A DNA stretch of 40,599 nucleotides from a virus. Its lineage: Duplodnaviria > Heunggongvirae > Uroviricota > Caudoviricetes. The notes under the pieces were generated by a model, which had not been told where the DNA came from, did not search any database, and saw nothing but the letters and a program-made list of their open reading frames with translations. Of the stretch, positions 1 through 9,371 are shown one piece after another (the first letter of the stretch is position 1; each line of letters starts with the position of its first letter). The position numbers and the translations under genes are program-made. Where the stretch lies: positions 1 through 40,599 of the IMG/VR virus record IMGVR_UViG_2537562012_000007, one strand, 5' to 3'.

Positions 1-1119
1 TCAAATAACCAACTTAACCCATTCCTGACCTCGAGTATCGTTATAGCGATCGGTGGTTGCCTGGACTTTATGCCCTAGTAATGTTTTTGTATCGATACCC
101 TGTGCACGGTACAGCCGTTCTGATAGAGAGCGTTGTTCATGAAATGTTGGCGGAGTTTTTCCTGCTGGTGGAATTATCCCAGCCAGATCCCGTGCTTTGG
201 CAAAGTAGTCGCTCAGGTTGTCTTTACTCATCGGCTTCGGTTGTTTCTGGTGCCGACTATGGATTAGATATGGACTTAATATTCTGTCTCGGCACCCATC
301 AATAACTTCTTTTAACGTTATCCCAATGGCATCACAGCGTAGTGTAAGCGGTAACGCCAGACGCATTCCGGTTTTTCCCTGGGTGATATGCAAGTGTTCG
401 TTCCACACATCTGAAAAACGCATGTGGCAAATGTCATCACGGCGCTGACCAGTAACAATCGCAAGAAGCATTGCGTTACGGATAAAGTGTTTTTCAGGCG
501 TTGCATTGTAAATTTTTTGCCAGTCTTCCATGGTGAGCCTGGCTCTGGTTACTTTAGGGATCGGTTTACGGGTAGCCTCCGGAGGATTCCATCCAGGAGG
601 AACTTCCCCTGCATGCTGTGCTTCTTTATAAATATCAACCCATAATCCACGATTTACTCTCGCTGTGCTGACCATGTCTTTATCCAGCCACTCATCCAGT
701 ATTAATGCAAAGTCTCTTACTTCCAGTTCTTTCAATGGGTGGTTTCCCAGACGGGAAACCAAGTATGCAGCCATTCGAGTTTTTTCTTTGTGAGTTGTAG
801 CTGCAATATCTCCATTTTTCAGTCGCGTGTCCTGTATTTTCAGATATCGATCAACCCATGCCTTTAATCTGATACCCCGACGTTTTGTTGCTGACGGACT
901 TTCATCAATTTTGCGCATGAAATATTCAGCTTCTGCTGCAGCTATTCGCTGATTGGCTGTGGAAGCGATTTTTTCTGCCTTACCTTTGTCTGTTCCGAGT
1001 CCGTGAAATTTTCCAGTCACAGGATTTTTATACTGGTAGTAAACTCTGCCAGTTCTGCGATCAAACTTTTCGTAAAGACCGGCTACGTCAGTGCTGTTTT
1101 TTCGTGGCCTCGGTGACAT
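1..1119 (-). CDS. int: Tyrosine site-specific integrase
   Basis: 372 aa ORF with lambda-Int-like C-terminal catalytic region (TGQRRDD ... HEQRSLSERLY); overlaps the upstream xis-like gene as is typical. Confidence 0.9.
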   Translation of the reverse strand: MSPRPRKNSTDVAGLYEKFDRRTGRVYYQYKNPVTGKFHGLGTDKGKAEKIASTANQRIAAAEAEYFMRKIDESPSATKRRGIRLKAWVDRYLKIQDTRLKNGDIAATTHKEKTRMAAYLVSRLGNHPLKELEVRDFALILDEWLDKDMVSTARVNRGLWVDIYKEAQHAGEVPPGWNPPEATRKPIPKVTRARLTMEDWQKIYNATPEKHFIRNAMLLAIVTGQRRDDICHMRFSDVWNEHLHITQGKTGMRLALPLTLRCDAIGITLKEVIDGCRDRILSPYLIHSRHQKQPKPMSKDNLSDYFAKARDLAGIIPPAGKTPPTFHEQRSLSERLYRAQGIDTKTLLGHKVQATTDRYNDTRGQEWVKLVI

Positions 1120-1357
1120 GAGTTAAAATCTCCTTCAGTGCATCATCATCGCCAGTATGAATTTCCGGCGCAATTCCCGTTTCACCAGGCCCAACAAATA
1201 CTGCTCGGCGATCTATCAGCCAACGCCCACGAATTTTTTGTGGCCTTGGAACGATGTATCCTAGTTTTCCGTATTTCACCAGGGTAGTGTTTGTTATTGG
1301 GAGACTGAACCGTTTTGGTTTCCACTCGTCGAGCGTTATCAGGTACTGTTCGCTCAT
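1088..1357 (-). CDS. Excisionase-like small DNA-binding protein
   Basis: Small ORF directly upstream of and overlapping int; ATG at 1357 preceded by GGAG at about 9 nt spacing. The track start at 1366 is a GTG. Confidence 0.6.
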   Translation of the reverse strand: MSEQYLITLDEWKPKRFSLPITNTTLVKYGKLGYIVPRPQKIRGRWLIDRRAVFVGPGETGIAPEIHTGDDDALKEILTHVTEATKKQH

Positions 1358-1418
1358 GGCTATCACTCCGGAACGCGCCAGTTGCAGAATATCAACGACA
1401 ACTGGCGACGGTTGAACA

Positions 1419-3890
1419 TTAAAAATCAGCCTGACTCGGGATCAGTTTTTGCCAGATAACTGAAACGTATTTTGCCTGGTAACGGGCGTCATCAAGTGCA
1501 TTATGGCGCTCACCTTCGAATGGAATAGCCGTTCTGGCATCGAAGTCTATGGCTTTCCCCAGCTCAACGATTGTGCGTACATCGCGATCGTTGTAGTAAC
1601 GCCACGGGCAGGGGATCCCCTGCCGTTCGTATGAACGGCGCAAAATCGTGTTGTCGAAGTTGGCTCCATTTCCCCAGACCTGAACAAAAAATTCATCGGA
1701 GTTTTCGTCGATAAATTCCCGCAATTGTAACAGTGCATCATCTAACGGGATTTCATCGGTCATAATGGCAGATTGCGCCTCGCGTGATTGCTTAAGCCAC
1801 CATTTAATGGTGTCACGATCAATGACTCCGCCAGCAGTTTCCAGATCGATAGTCTTACTAAATTCCGGTCCCATATCTCCGGTTTGCGGATCGAAAAATA
1901 TTGCACCTATTGAGATAATCGGGGCATCAGGATTTTTTCCCATGGTTTCAAGGTCGATCATTAGATGGTCACACGTCCTGCTGGTGGATGTGATAACGCG
2001 ATGACCGTTCACCGTAATTAAGGGATCTGCCGTCTCGCCAGTTTCACTATCGCTGGCGTGATCCTGAGCGCTGCCAGCATTCTCCTTGTGTGGGTGTTCA
2101 GCGCCTTCCATTTTCTCCGAATCGTCTTCCTGAACTTCAACCTGGTTCTTGTCATCGAATGTTTCCTGGTATGTTGCGTCGCCCATCACCGCACCACAAT
2201 CAGGGCAGTTGCCACCACCGCTCTGACCGCAGGCGGTGCAGATTTTTTCCGGTTCCTGTTGCACTACTGGTTCAGGTTGTTTCGTTTCTGGCTCGTTTTG
2301 TTGCGTATTTGGGCTGTTTTGTTCCGCTTTCTGGTCGTTCTGTTCCGTTTCTTGCTGGTTCTGGTTCACAGTATCGCGGGTCTGGATCCCCTTAACCCAT
2401 TTCGGATCATTCGGGTCGCTAATCCCTTCAATAAATTCACCACGTGATGCAGCAAGCAACTTATCGGCGTCAGGCTGGCTGATATTGGCTGCCTGCATAA
2501 TTTTGTTTACTTCGTCAGCGGTAACTTTTACCGGTTCTGGCTGTGCGGTCGTGTCAGATGCACCAGTATTTTGTTGTGAACCTGAGTATGTACTGTTTTT
2601 GCGGGCGAAATATTCTTCTTTCGTGATTTCAGTAGCCCCGGCAGCCAGCGCCTTATCCAGACCAGAAAGTTTGTTTGCGCGACCGTATTTTTCGCCATCC
2701 TTGTCGGTGAAGAGGAAGTAGAACGGCCCCTCACGCTCTACAGATGGTTCGACTTCCACTTTGCATTCGGTTTTTTCGTTGTCCGGAATTGCCGTTTCCA
2801 CTGCATCAGTTTCTGGTACTGGCGACGAGAGAGTATCAGTTGCGCTCTGATTTGTTCCTTCATCTTCAAACACGCCCTTTGTAGTCAGGTATTCAGTAAT
2901 GTATTTGTTCAGTGCCACAGGATCTTTGTGAATGTCGATCGGACGTCCACGGACAAGGCCAAAAATAGTCTGGCGGTCGTAGCGAAGGGCATCAGGCTGT
3001 TTGCGCATCGATGCCGAGATACGCTTCCAGTCTTCGCGGTCGTTGTCGATAACTTCATTTTTTGCCCAGCGATGGATGCTGCCGTCAATGTTTCCGGCAT
3101 CCACATCACCAGGCCAGAGAGCGTAGGCCAGTTCGTCATCCAGTGTTTTCCATGTCTGCTTGTATTCGCGATGAATGACTGCAGTGACAGGGGAGATATT
3201 TTCTGCTGAGTTTTCAGTGTGCTGTCGGTTGACTCTGGCGCGGGCGAGATCAACAGCAGACGTGTATTTTCCGGTTTCCTTGCGTTCACCTTCGCGACGT
3301 TTTTTCCAGATGCGCATCTCTGCCTGAATTTCGGGCCATTTAGCTCCAGGCTTACATTTATGCTTAACCCACCCGATGGCATGCAACTTAAGTTCTGGAT
3401 ACATGGCGTTAACTTCTGGCATTTTCATCAACGCTTCAACGATATGTCCGTCGAATGTTGCCATGTCTTCCTGCAACAATTCCTGCGCGCTAATCACCAT
3501 ATCAACGGTGATGTTTTCACATGTGTCGAACTTAACCATGACAGCGTTCTGTACTTCAGGGGCCAGCTTGTCAAAAGTGACGTTCATCGGATCTGATTCA
3601 GTCTCAACCGGGACAAAGGAAGCAGACTCCTCATCCCAGCGGTTTTCCTGCATATATTCAGCATCCCAGGAATCGAGGGCAGGGCGGGGTATACCGGGTT
3701 TATCCTCGCAAACAAGAAATTTATAAGCGCAGTCCTGAGCAGCCGGATAATGCTCCAGGAATTGCCAGTGAAATTTTGCGCGGGCGCGACGTTCATCACC
3801 GGCTTCAATGGCAGTGGCTACAGCGACTGCACCTTCTTCCTTTATTGCCTGTTCGTCCGGAATGGCGGCGCAAATAAAGACTTTACTCAT
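1419..3890 (-). CDS. Large exonuclease: RecE-like central region, Zn-ribbon, C-terminal DnaQ-like (DEDDh) 3'-5' exonuclease domain
   Basis: 823 aa. C-terminus has DLETMG ... H-x4-D motifs; a central stretch ([33 protein letters not shown]) resembles RecE as I recall it; CxxC-x9-CxxC ribbon; Q/E/N-rich linker. GAGGT RBS upstream of the ATG at 3890. Confidence 0.75.
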   Translation of the reverse strand: MSKVFICAAIPDEQAIKEEGAVAVATAIEAGDERRARAKFHWQFLEHYPAAQDCAYKFLVCEDKPGIPRPALDSWDAEYMQENRWDEESASFVPVETESDPMNVTFDKLAPEVQNAVMVKFDTCENITVDMVISAQELLQEDMATFDGHIVEALMKMPEVNAMYPELKLHAIGWVKHKCKPGAKWPEIQAEMRIWKKRREGERKETGKYTSAVDLARARVNRQHTENSAENISPVTAVIHREYKQTWKTLDDELAYALWPGDVDAGNIDGSIHRWAKNEVIDNDREDWKRISASMRKQPDALRYDRQTIFGLVRGRPIDIHKDPVALNKYITEYLTTKGVFEDEGTNQSATDTLSSPVPETDAVETAIPDNEKTECKVEVEPSVEREGPFYFLFTDKDGEKYGRANKLSGLDKALAAGATEITKEEYFARKNSTYSGSQQNTGASDTTAQPEPVKVTADEVNKIMQAANISQPDADKLLAASRGEFIEGISDPNDPKWVKGIQTRDTVNQNQQETEQNDQKAEQNSPNTQQNEPETKQPEPVVQQEPEKICTACGQSGGGNCPDCGAVMGDATYQETFDDKNQVEVQEDDSEKMEGAEHPHKENAGSAQDHASDSETGETADPLITVNGHRVITSTSRTCDHLMIDLETMGKNPDAPIISIGAIFFDPQTGDMGPEFSKTIDLETAGGVIDRDTIKWWLKQSREAQSAIMTDEIPLDDALLQLREFIDENSDEFFVQVWGNGANFDNTILRRSYERQGIPCPWRYYNDRDVRTIVELGKAIDFDARTAIPFEGERHNALDDARYQAKYVSVIWQKLIPSQADF

Positions 3891-3982
3891 TTTGTTTTAC
3901 CTCATTACAGATTTAAGGGTGAACAAATCCCTGCCATTGCTGGCATATAAGAATGAAAGCGGATGTTTATTACGGAACTGTT

Positions 3983-4174
3983 TTAAAGACCTGCCGGGAT
4001 TTCGTTATTATCCTGGTGAATAACTTTATCGACCGGGTAACAGTTACCGGGAATTTTCTGTTCGGTTGCTGCAGTCATACATTCCTGCATTGTCCTGTGA
4101 ACACTGACTGCAATATCAACTGGCTCTCCGGAAACAAGATAAACTGTCAGAACAAGCGCAAATGCTGAATTCAT
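3983..4174 (-). CDS. ydfD: YdfD-like small lysis-associated protein
   Basis: 63 aa, MNSAFALVLTVYLVSGEPVD..., closely matches my recollection of E. coli Qin YdfD; start overlaps the dicB stop (ATGA coupling). Confidence 0.7.
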   Translation of the reverse strand: MNSAFALVLTVYLVSGEPVDIAVSVHRTMQECMTAATEQKIPGNCYPVDKVIHQDNNEIPAGL

Positions 4175-4359
4175 TGTGCACATCCTTTTGGCATCAGACG
4201 TAAACGAGCCAGCATTGAAACAATGCATATTTTATTTAATAGCTCCCCTTCTTGTTTTCTCTTGTTAATGGCATCTTCAGTAAATACTGAGTTACTGATA
4301 GTGACACCAATTTCAAAACAACCTTCAGACGTATTAACGTTTGGTAATAACGTTTCCAT
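4171..4359 (-). CDS. dicB: Cell division inhibitor DicB
   Basis: 62 aa, METLLPNVNTSEGCFEIGVTISNSVFTEDAINKRKQEGELLNKICIVSMLARLRLMPKGCAQ, near-identical to Qin DicB as recalled; GAGGA RBS. Confidence 0.8.
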   Translation of the reverse strand: METLLPNVNTSEGCFEIGVTISNSVFTEDAINKRKQEGELLNKICIVSMLARLRLMPKGCAQ

Positions 4360-4533
4360 TATCGCGTCCTCAACAATGAATTTTGTGATGCGGTGCCTGG
4401 TGCCTCCAGGTGACGTTAACCAGTTAACAATTAACGCCGGATACAGAGAACCCACCCATAACACTGTTTTTGGTTTTAACTGTTCCGCGTGCGCTTAGCC
4501 GCATTCACCGCATCACAAAATTCACTTTAAAAA

Positions 4534-4586
4534 GGGCGGCAGAGCAGTCACGGAGTAAAACTGATACCGCTAAACGCCACCAGAAA
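4534..4586 (-). ncRNA. dicF: DicF small regulatory RNA
   Basis: Minus-strand 53 nt TTTCTGGTGGCGTTTAGCGGTATCAGTTTTACTCCGTGACTGCTCTGCCGCCC followed by a T-run; differs at about 2 positions from my recollection of E. coli DicF; lies immediately upstream of dicB as in Qin. Confidence 0.75.
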
Positions 4587-4917
4587 ATTGATAACAGAGG
4601 GCGTTGCAGCGGGGTTGTCACTTAAGCGTATGGTCAACCTGACAACCCGGTGTCCTCAACGGGGAAGGAATAACCCCGCCATACTTACCGCCGCGCCATT
4701 TCGCGGATTGCCACAACCGGAAGCGCACGGTCGAATTAAATTTAACGACACCGTACAGACAGAATAACTTCGCCGTGCGCTTTCGCGTTATGTCCTGATT
4801 TTTCAGGGATATATCCTTCCAGTAAACTGCCAGTGCCGGATGCTCACCCGTGTCCGGCGCACGCACTCCACCTGACCCGTGGAGAACTCCTTAATTACCA
4901 ACCCTCAGGAGGGGGAA

Positions 4918-5139
4918 ATGACTAGTAAAAATGTAAATATCCAGTTTAACCACGATGTTTCTCCTGCTGGACTTGCGGATGAGCTCACTGCTATAAAAAC
5001 GGCAATTATGCTACTTGCTGCTAAGTTGCCTGCGTCATCAAAGCCAGCGGAAATTTGTGACTCATTGCGTAAGATGAATTCAACAAAATGCAATGAGATG
5101 GCATCACTTATTGAAAGTGCAATTGATTTTAATGATTAA
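4918..5139 (+). CDS. Hypothetical small protein (73 aa), convergent with the early-left operon
   Basis: ATG at 4918 with AGGAGG 6 nt upstream; no recognisable domain. Confidence 0.4.
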   Translation: MTSKNVNIQFNHDVSPAGLADELTAIKTAIMLLAAKLPASSKPAEICDSLRKMNSTKCNEMASLIESAIDFND

Positions 5140-5503
5140 TCGAAATTTCATGGCTAACTGTAACACTCCCATCTGTGGCGGGATGGTTTAAATCGCTGGG
5201 ATTAATGCCGCACTCAGTAAAATGGTTCTTAAGGGGTTCTATCCGAATCCCTTTCTTTTTCATTAACAAGCCAAACCCCTTATCAATGATATCCATTAAT
5301 TCCAGGAGGTATTTTTCATGTAAATCCTGGTTATCAGAGAGCTGCTTCTCTTCGTACAGACCGATAAAGGCACGACGCACGTTACCGGATATAGTATCGA
5401 TGGTTTCTTTTTCTACGGTACTCAGGTCAAGAGTCGCCAGTTGGGAACGAACTATATTCGCTGCCATTTCCTGGAATTGCATTGGTAAATCTTTAAATTC
5501 CAT
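5129..5503 (-). CDS. Hypothetical protein (124 aa), early-left operon
   Basis: ORF with GAGG RBS about 7 nt upstream of the ATG at 5503; no recognisable domain. Confidence 0.55.
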   Translation of the reverse strand: MEFKDLPMQFQEMAANIVRSQLATLDLSTVEKETIDTISGNVRRAFIGLYEEKQLSDNQDLHEKYLLELMDIIDKGFGLLMKKKGIRIEPLKNHFTECGINPSDLNHPATDGSVTVSHEISINH

Positions 5504-5525
5504 TATTAGCCTCGTTGGTTAGCTA

Positions 5526-5744
5526 TTAACGTGGGTATGTAATCATTCTGGCAATGCTTAATGCCGCTGCTTTTTCCAAATTGGTGATATCCTGCTCCAG
5601 AGCGGACAGATTTTCAGCCTGCTTAGCCTTGGCTTCATTGGCCCATTTCAGGTCCTGCGCGGCCTTAATTTTCTGGCGCATCCACTCATAAAGCTCATCA
5701 TCGGTATAGTCTGGCGCGATGATGACGGGTTCTCGTTTCTGCAT
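5526..5744 (-). CDS. Small early protein, YdfC-like by size and position (72 aa)
   Basis: 72 aa ORF in the operon upstream of dicF; family assignment is by position and size only. Confidence 0.55.
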   Translation of the reverse strand: MQKREPVIIAPDYTDDELYEWMRQKIKAAQDLKWANEAKAKQAENLSALEQDITNLEKAAALSIARMITYPR

Positions 5745-5773
5745 ACTGATTCCTCGCGGTGCTGTTTCGCTTA

Positions 5774-5902
5774 TCAGCCGTTAGATTTTGCCGAGCTGGA
5801 AAGCGCCCGTTTAAATTCGCTGAAGCTGAGAGCTTCTTCGCCTTCGGCAAGGCCTTCGAAGTATTCTTCGTAAGCCTTTTCCATGATTGTGTCGAAATCC
5901 AT
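5774..5902 (-). CDS. Small early protein, YdfB-like by size and position (42 aa)
   Basis: Below the 60 aa track cutoff; found by manual translation (MDFDTIMEKAYEEYFEGLAEGEE...); AGGTGA RBS upstream of the ATG at 5902. Confidence 0.4.
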   Translation of the reverse strand: MDFDTIMEKAYEEYFEGLAEGEEALSFSEFKRALSSSAKSNG

Positions 5903-5903
5903 A

Positions 5904-6059
5904 TCACTCACCTGAGTTTCTTTCCAGCCAGCGACGGGCACCATTTTCGGTTTTAAACGTTTTGCTTTTGGTATACGTCATCGCGGTGAACGTACCGTCC
6001 TGGTTGGGGAACACGCCACATACCAGAGATTCGCTGTTGCCAAGATCGATAGTATCCAT
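5904..6059 (-). CDS. Small early protein, YdfA-like by size and position (51 aa)
   Basis: Internal ATG at 6059 with GAGGT RBS gives a 51 aa product (MDTIDLGN...); the 78 aa track ORF starts at an alternative codon further upstream. Confidence 0.45.
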   Translation of the reverse strand: MDTIDLGNSESLVCGVFPNQDGTFTAMTYTKSKTFKTENGARRWLERNSGE

Positions 6060-6351
6060 GCTGACCTCATTTCCCCTTAACGCCGGGGTAGCGGAACAAA
6101 AACCTGCTGCATAGTTATTAAAGTTGAACCCTGCCGTCATGTTCTTACGCCTCGGGCTGGCTACTTAACCCCTGACCACTGCCTGGTAACTCGAAGTATT
6201 GCCCTGCATTCTGTGGGGTGGGGTGAGGGAATGAATTGAGTTTAGAAAAATGAACTTTTCAGGTCAATGTTTTTTTATCAAAACATTTTAGGCAGGCAGC
6301 TGTTAAGCCATCACCACGATGGCATACAGTTAATCAAATAGATGAGGTTGG

Positions 6352-6990
6352 TTAAATATCTTGTTGAATTTTAAAGCATACGCCCAATATGCAAGATAGA
6401 TCATCCAGCATAATTGAAGGGTAGCGAGGATTCGTGGGGACTAAAAGAATATCCGGCCCTTCTATCTCCAGTTTACGAATGACAGGTGTTGTGGTCCCTT
6501 TGGGTAAGGCAAGGACAATATTTCCTGGTTGTACGGTTCGATCGGGATCAACAAAAACTGTTGAACCATTTGGGATGGAAACTCCCCCACCAGATGTTGA
6601 CATACTGTCACTCTCTAGAACAACTGCAAAGGTATTGGCCGGGATTTCTCCGACAAGCTGCACACAAGAGGTTATTGAGGAATTTTTCATATAATCACTC
6701 CAGCTTGCTGCCTGCTGAAGTGATAGTAGCGGAACCGTTTTTATCGGCGGTAAAGATAGATCAAGCGAATCACCTGTATTTAACTCTCCTCCATTAAGAA
6801 GCCAATTTTCGTTTACTTTCAATATCTTTGCCAGTGAACTTATGTAACGCGAGGACGGCGCTCCTCCACCGTTCATCCATTGACTTACGGAGCCTTTTGA
6901 TGCGCCAGTGGCATTGACAAGGTCTTTGCCTTTCAGGTTTAGCGCATGCATACGTTGGGTTATGCGTTCAGATATTGTTTGCTTGCTCAT
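6352..6990 (-). CDS. cI-like prophage repressor (XRE-type HTH plus LexA/S24 autopeptidase domain)
   Basis: 212 aa; N-terminal HTH (GASKGSVSQWMNGGGAPSS), C-terminal S24-like region with ESDSM serine motif; no SD sequence before the ATG at 6990, consistent with a leaderless PRM-type transcript; divergent from the cro-like gene. Confidence 0.85.
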   Translation of the reverse strand: MSKQTISERITQRMHALNLKGKDLVNATGASKGSVSQWMNGGGAPSSRYISSLAKILKVNENWLLNGGELNTGDSLDLSLPPIKTVPLLSLQQAASWSDYMKNSSITSCVQLVGEIPANTFAVVLESDSMSTSGGGVSIPNGSTVFVDPDRTVQPGNIVLALPKGTTTPVIRKLEIEGPDILLVPTNPRYPSIMLDDLSCILGVCFKIQQDI

Positions 6991-7081
6991 GTTTTGATTT
7001 TAAAACACAGATGGTTTTGTTTCTTGACTTTCTTTGGTTTTGATTATTAAACTTTTGGCGTTCAGTTTTATGGAGCGACTC

Positions 7082-7324
7082 ATGAAAAAATCAGAAGTAT
7101 TAGGCTATTTTGGCGGAGTTGTTAAAACAGCCGCAGCTCTAGGAACGTCAAAAACCACAGTCAGCATGTGGGGGGAAGAGGTTCCGTGGAAATGGGCGTT
7201 GCTAATTCAGGCAGTCACTGCCGGGGCGCTCAAATATGAGTTACACATACCGACGGTTGTCATTCCCGGTTCTGATCATAATCCGCCTTCTAACCAAGGG
7301 GGGATTCATGAAAATCAAGCATGA
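7082..7324 (+). CDS. Cro/DicC-like small DNA-binding protein
   Basis: MKKSEVLGYFGG...TAAALGTSKTTVSMWGEEVP, resembles P22-type Cro; GGAG RBS; first gene of the rightward operon opposite the repressor. Confidence 0.7.
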   Translation: MKKSEVLGYFGGVVKTAAALGTSKTTVSMWGEEVPWKWALLIQAVTAGALKYELHIPTVVIPGSDHNPPSNQGGIHENQA

Positions 7325-7733
7325 ACACATCCGCATGGCGATGAATGCCTGGGCGCGTCCTGATGGCGAAAAAGTTCCAGCAGCTGGAATAACCCAGGCT
7401 TATTTTGAGTTGGGTATGACGTTTCCTGAACTGTATGACGACAGCCATCCGGAAGCCCTGGCTCGCAATACCCAGAAAATTTTCCGCTGGGTAGAGAAAG
7501 ACACCCCTGATGCAGTTGAAAAAATTCAGGCGTTGTTACCAGCGATCGAAAAAGCAATGCCACCTCTGCTGGTGGCCCGAATGCGCAGCCACAGTTCAGC
7601 CTATTTTCGGGAGCTGGTGGAGACGCGGGAACGACTGGTGAGAGACGCTGATGATTTTGTCGCAGTGGCGATCGCTGGTTTCAACCAGATGAATCGTGGT
7701 GGCCCTGCAGGAAATATTGTGGCTGTGCATTGA
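7308..7733 (+). CDS. YdaT-like protein (cII position)
   Basis: Starts MKIKHEHI like Rac YdaT as I recall it; GGGGGG RBS; sits between cro-like and the replication gene. Confidence 0.65.
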   Translation: MKIKHEHIRMAMNAWARPDGEKVPAAGITQAYFELGMTFPELYDDSHPEALARNTQKIFRWVEKDTPDAVEKIQALLPAIEKAMPPLLVARMRSHSSAYFRELVETRERLVRDADDFVAVAIAGFNQMNRGGPAGNIVAVH

Positions 7734-7804
7734 CTCGCAATATTCATACCGGATCACTTCCGGCAATTTGTGAGTAAAAAGATTCGGTATCAAAAGAGGT
7801 GAGT

Positions 7805-8875
7805 ATGGCTAACGCCTGGCTCAGATTATGGCATGACATGCCAAATGACCCTAAGTGGCGAACAATTGCCAGGGTGTCAGGGCAGCCAATTGCAACAGTG
7901 ATGGCAGTGTATATCCACCTCCTGGTGAGCGCGTCACGAAATGTCACGCGAGGTCACATTGATGTCACGACAGAAGATTTGGCAAGTGCGCTCGACGTGA
8001 CAGAAGAGGTAATTGATTCAATTTTGCAGACGATGCAGGGGCGGGTACTTGATGGTGATTTAATCACTGGATGGGAAAAACGCCAGGTGCTGAAAGAGGA
8101 CAACGGCAATATTTCGCAAACCGCAAAATCTCCGGCAGAGCGCAAGAGGGCGCAGCGAGAGAGGGAAAGAAAGCGGGAACAAAATGGCGATTGTCACGGC
8201 GAGTCACGAAATGTCACGCACATGTCACGACGAGTCACGACAGATAAAGATACAGATAAAGATACAGATCAAGAAGATCAAAACACTATGGTCCATGGCG
8301 TAAAAAACGCCACGAACCAGGCAGGGGATGTTCAGACCGTCACTCCTGGCCAGCCCGCAGGCACGACACCGGAAGCCGATTCAGCGTATGCGCTGAAAGC
8401 CGATTCGGGCGCTGTGCAGCAGGTGATGACCGCAAGGCAGGAGCAATCACACCAACTTCAGCAGCCTGAAGCCGATTCCGCCATTCAGCGGGAAGCCGAT
8501 CGGGTAGTCCCGGAAAACACCGGGCAGCCTGTGGGACGAGTGGATTATCCTGATGTGTTCGAACAGGTCTGGCGGGAATACCCGTTGCGTGCCGGGGCAA
8601 ACCCGAAGAAATCCGCTTTCAGTGCCTGGAAGGCCAGATTACGCGAGGGGGTGCCACCAGAGGCCATGCTGGATGGCGTGAGGCGTTACGCAAGATACTT
8701 GGCGGCTACCGGGAAAACGGGAACGGAATTTGTTCAGCGAGCGACGACGTTTTTTGGACCGGACCGGAATTTTGAGAACCCCTGGTTGCTCCCGGTAAGC
8801 GGCACGAACAACCAGCGTTGTGTGAATCATATTTCTGAACCGGATAACGAAATTCCGCCGGGCTTCAGGGGGTAA
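7805..8875 (+). CDS. Replication initiator, O-like / replisome-organiser N-terminal domain
   Basis: N-terminus MANAWLRLWHDMPNDPKWRTIARV...; the gene body contains iteron-like GTCACG repeats (see repeat features); AGAGG RBS 5 nt upstream of the ATG at 7805. Confidence 0.7.
   Translation: MANAWLRLWHDMPNDPKWRTIARVSGQPIATVMAVYIHLLVSASRNVTRGHIDVTTEDLASALDVTEEVIDSILQTMQGRVLDGDLITGWEKRQVLKEDNGNISQTAKSPAERKRAQRERERKREQNGDCHGESRNVTHMSRRVTTDKDTDKDTDQEDQNTMVHGVKNATNQAGDVQTVTPGQPAGTTPEADSAYALKADSGAVQQVMTARQEQSHQLQQPEADSAIQREADRVVPENTGQPVGRVDYPDVFEQVWREYPLRAGANPKKSAFSAWKARLREGVPPEAMLDGVRRYARYLAATGKTGTEFVQRATTFFGPDRNFENPWLLPVSGTNNQRCVNHISEPDNEIPPGFRG
7931..8006. repeat. Iteron cluster 1 inside the replication gene (GTCACGA / TGTCACG units)
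   Basis: GCGTCACGAAATGTCACGCGAGGTCACATTGATGTCACGACAGAAG ... CGACGTGACAGAAG. Confidence 0.6.
8191..8267. repeat. Iteron cluster 2 inside the replication gene, plus a GATAAAGATACA direct repeat
   Basis: TTGTCACGGCGAGTCACGAAATGTCACGCACATGTCACGACGAGTCACGACAGATAAAGATACAGATAAAGATACAGATC; the 15-mer TCACGAAATGTCACG is shared with cluster 1. Confidence 0.6.
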
Positions 8876-8915
8876 GTGTTAATTTCTGGTCATGAGGTAA
8901 TTTTCAGGAGGGCTT

Positions 8916-9371
8916 GTGGCAAAAGTTTTTACACAAGAAGAGCGGGAAAAAATTAAAGGGCAGGTTGTTGAACTCGTACGCCAGAGTGGGCGCGAGACGT
9001 TACGACAACTGGAAACTAAAACTGGGGCAACAAGATATCTGATGAGCGTTCTGGCCAGAGAGCTGGTTGCCAGTGGCGATGTATACAACTCTGGTTACGG
9101 GTTATTCCCGTCTGAACAGGCGCGTAAGGACTGGCAAAATGCCCGTAAAAAGCTCTCAAGGGCAAAGCTGAAGAAACCATCTGCGGTTGATCCGGACCTT
9201 ATCTGGTCATTACCTGACGGAGAAATACGTCGCTACGACAGGCGTCAGAACATAATCTGTCGCGAGTGCCGGAAGAGTGAAGCTATGCAGCGTGTACTGG
9301 CATTTTACCAGAATGGTTTTCGAGAGACATTCGGTGAACAGGTTGTGCATGAGGGAAATCATGGCGCTTAG
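8916..9371 (+). CDS. Hypothetical protein (151 aa), replication module
   Basis: GTG start with AGGAGG 5 nt upstream; no recognisable domain. Confidence 0.5.
   Translation: MAKVFTQEEREKIKGQVVELVRQSGRETLRQLETKTGATRYLMSVLARELVASGDVYNSGYGLFPSEQARKDWQNARKKLSRAKLKKPSAVDPDLIWSLPDGEIRRYDRRQNIICRECRKSEAMQRVLAFYQNGFRETFGEQVVHEGNHGA

Noticed and set aside
2058-2721. Several overlapping plus-strand ORFs (129, 101 and 161 aa)
   Set aside because: Antisense to the low-complexity linker of the exonuclease gene; the translations are low-complexity and have no start context.
4618-4866. 82-aa minus-strand ORF
   Set aside because: Sits in the structured leader upstream of DicF, has no RBS and a basic, unstructured-looking translation; better explained as the non-coding DicF precursor region.
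6141-6351. Lambda N-like antiterminator at the head of the early-left operon
   Set aside because: No arginine-rich N-like ORF found; the first leftward gene is a 51-aa YdfA-like protein and the interval appears to be promoter/operator sequence.
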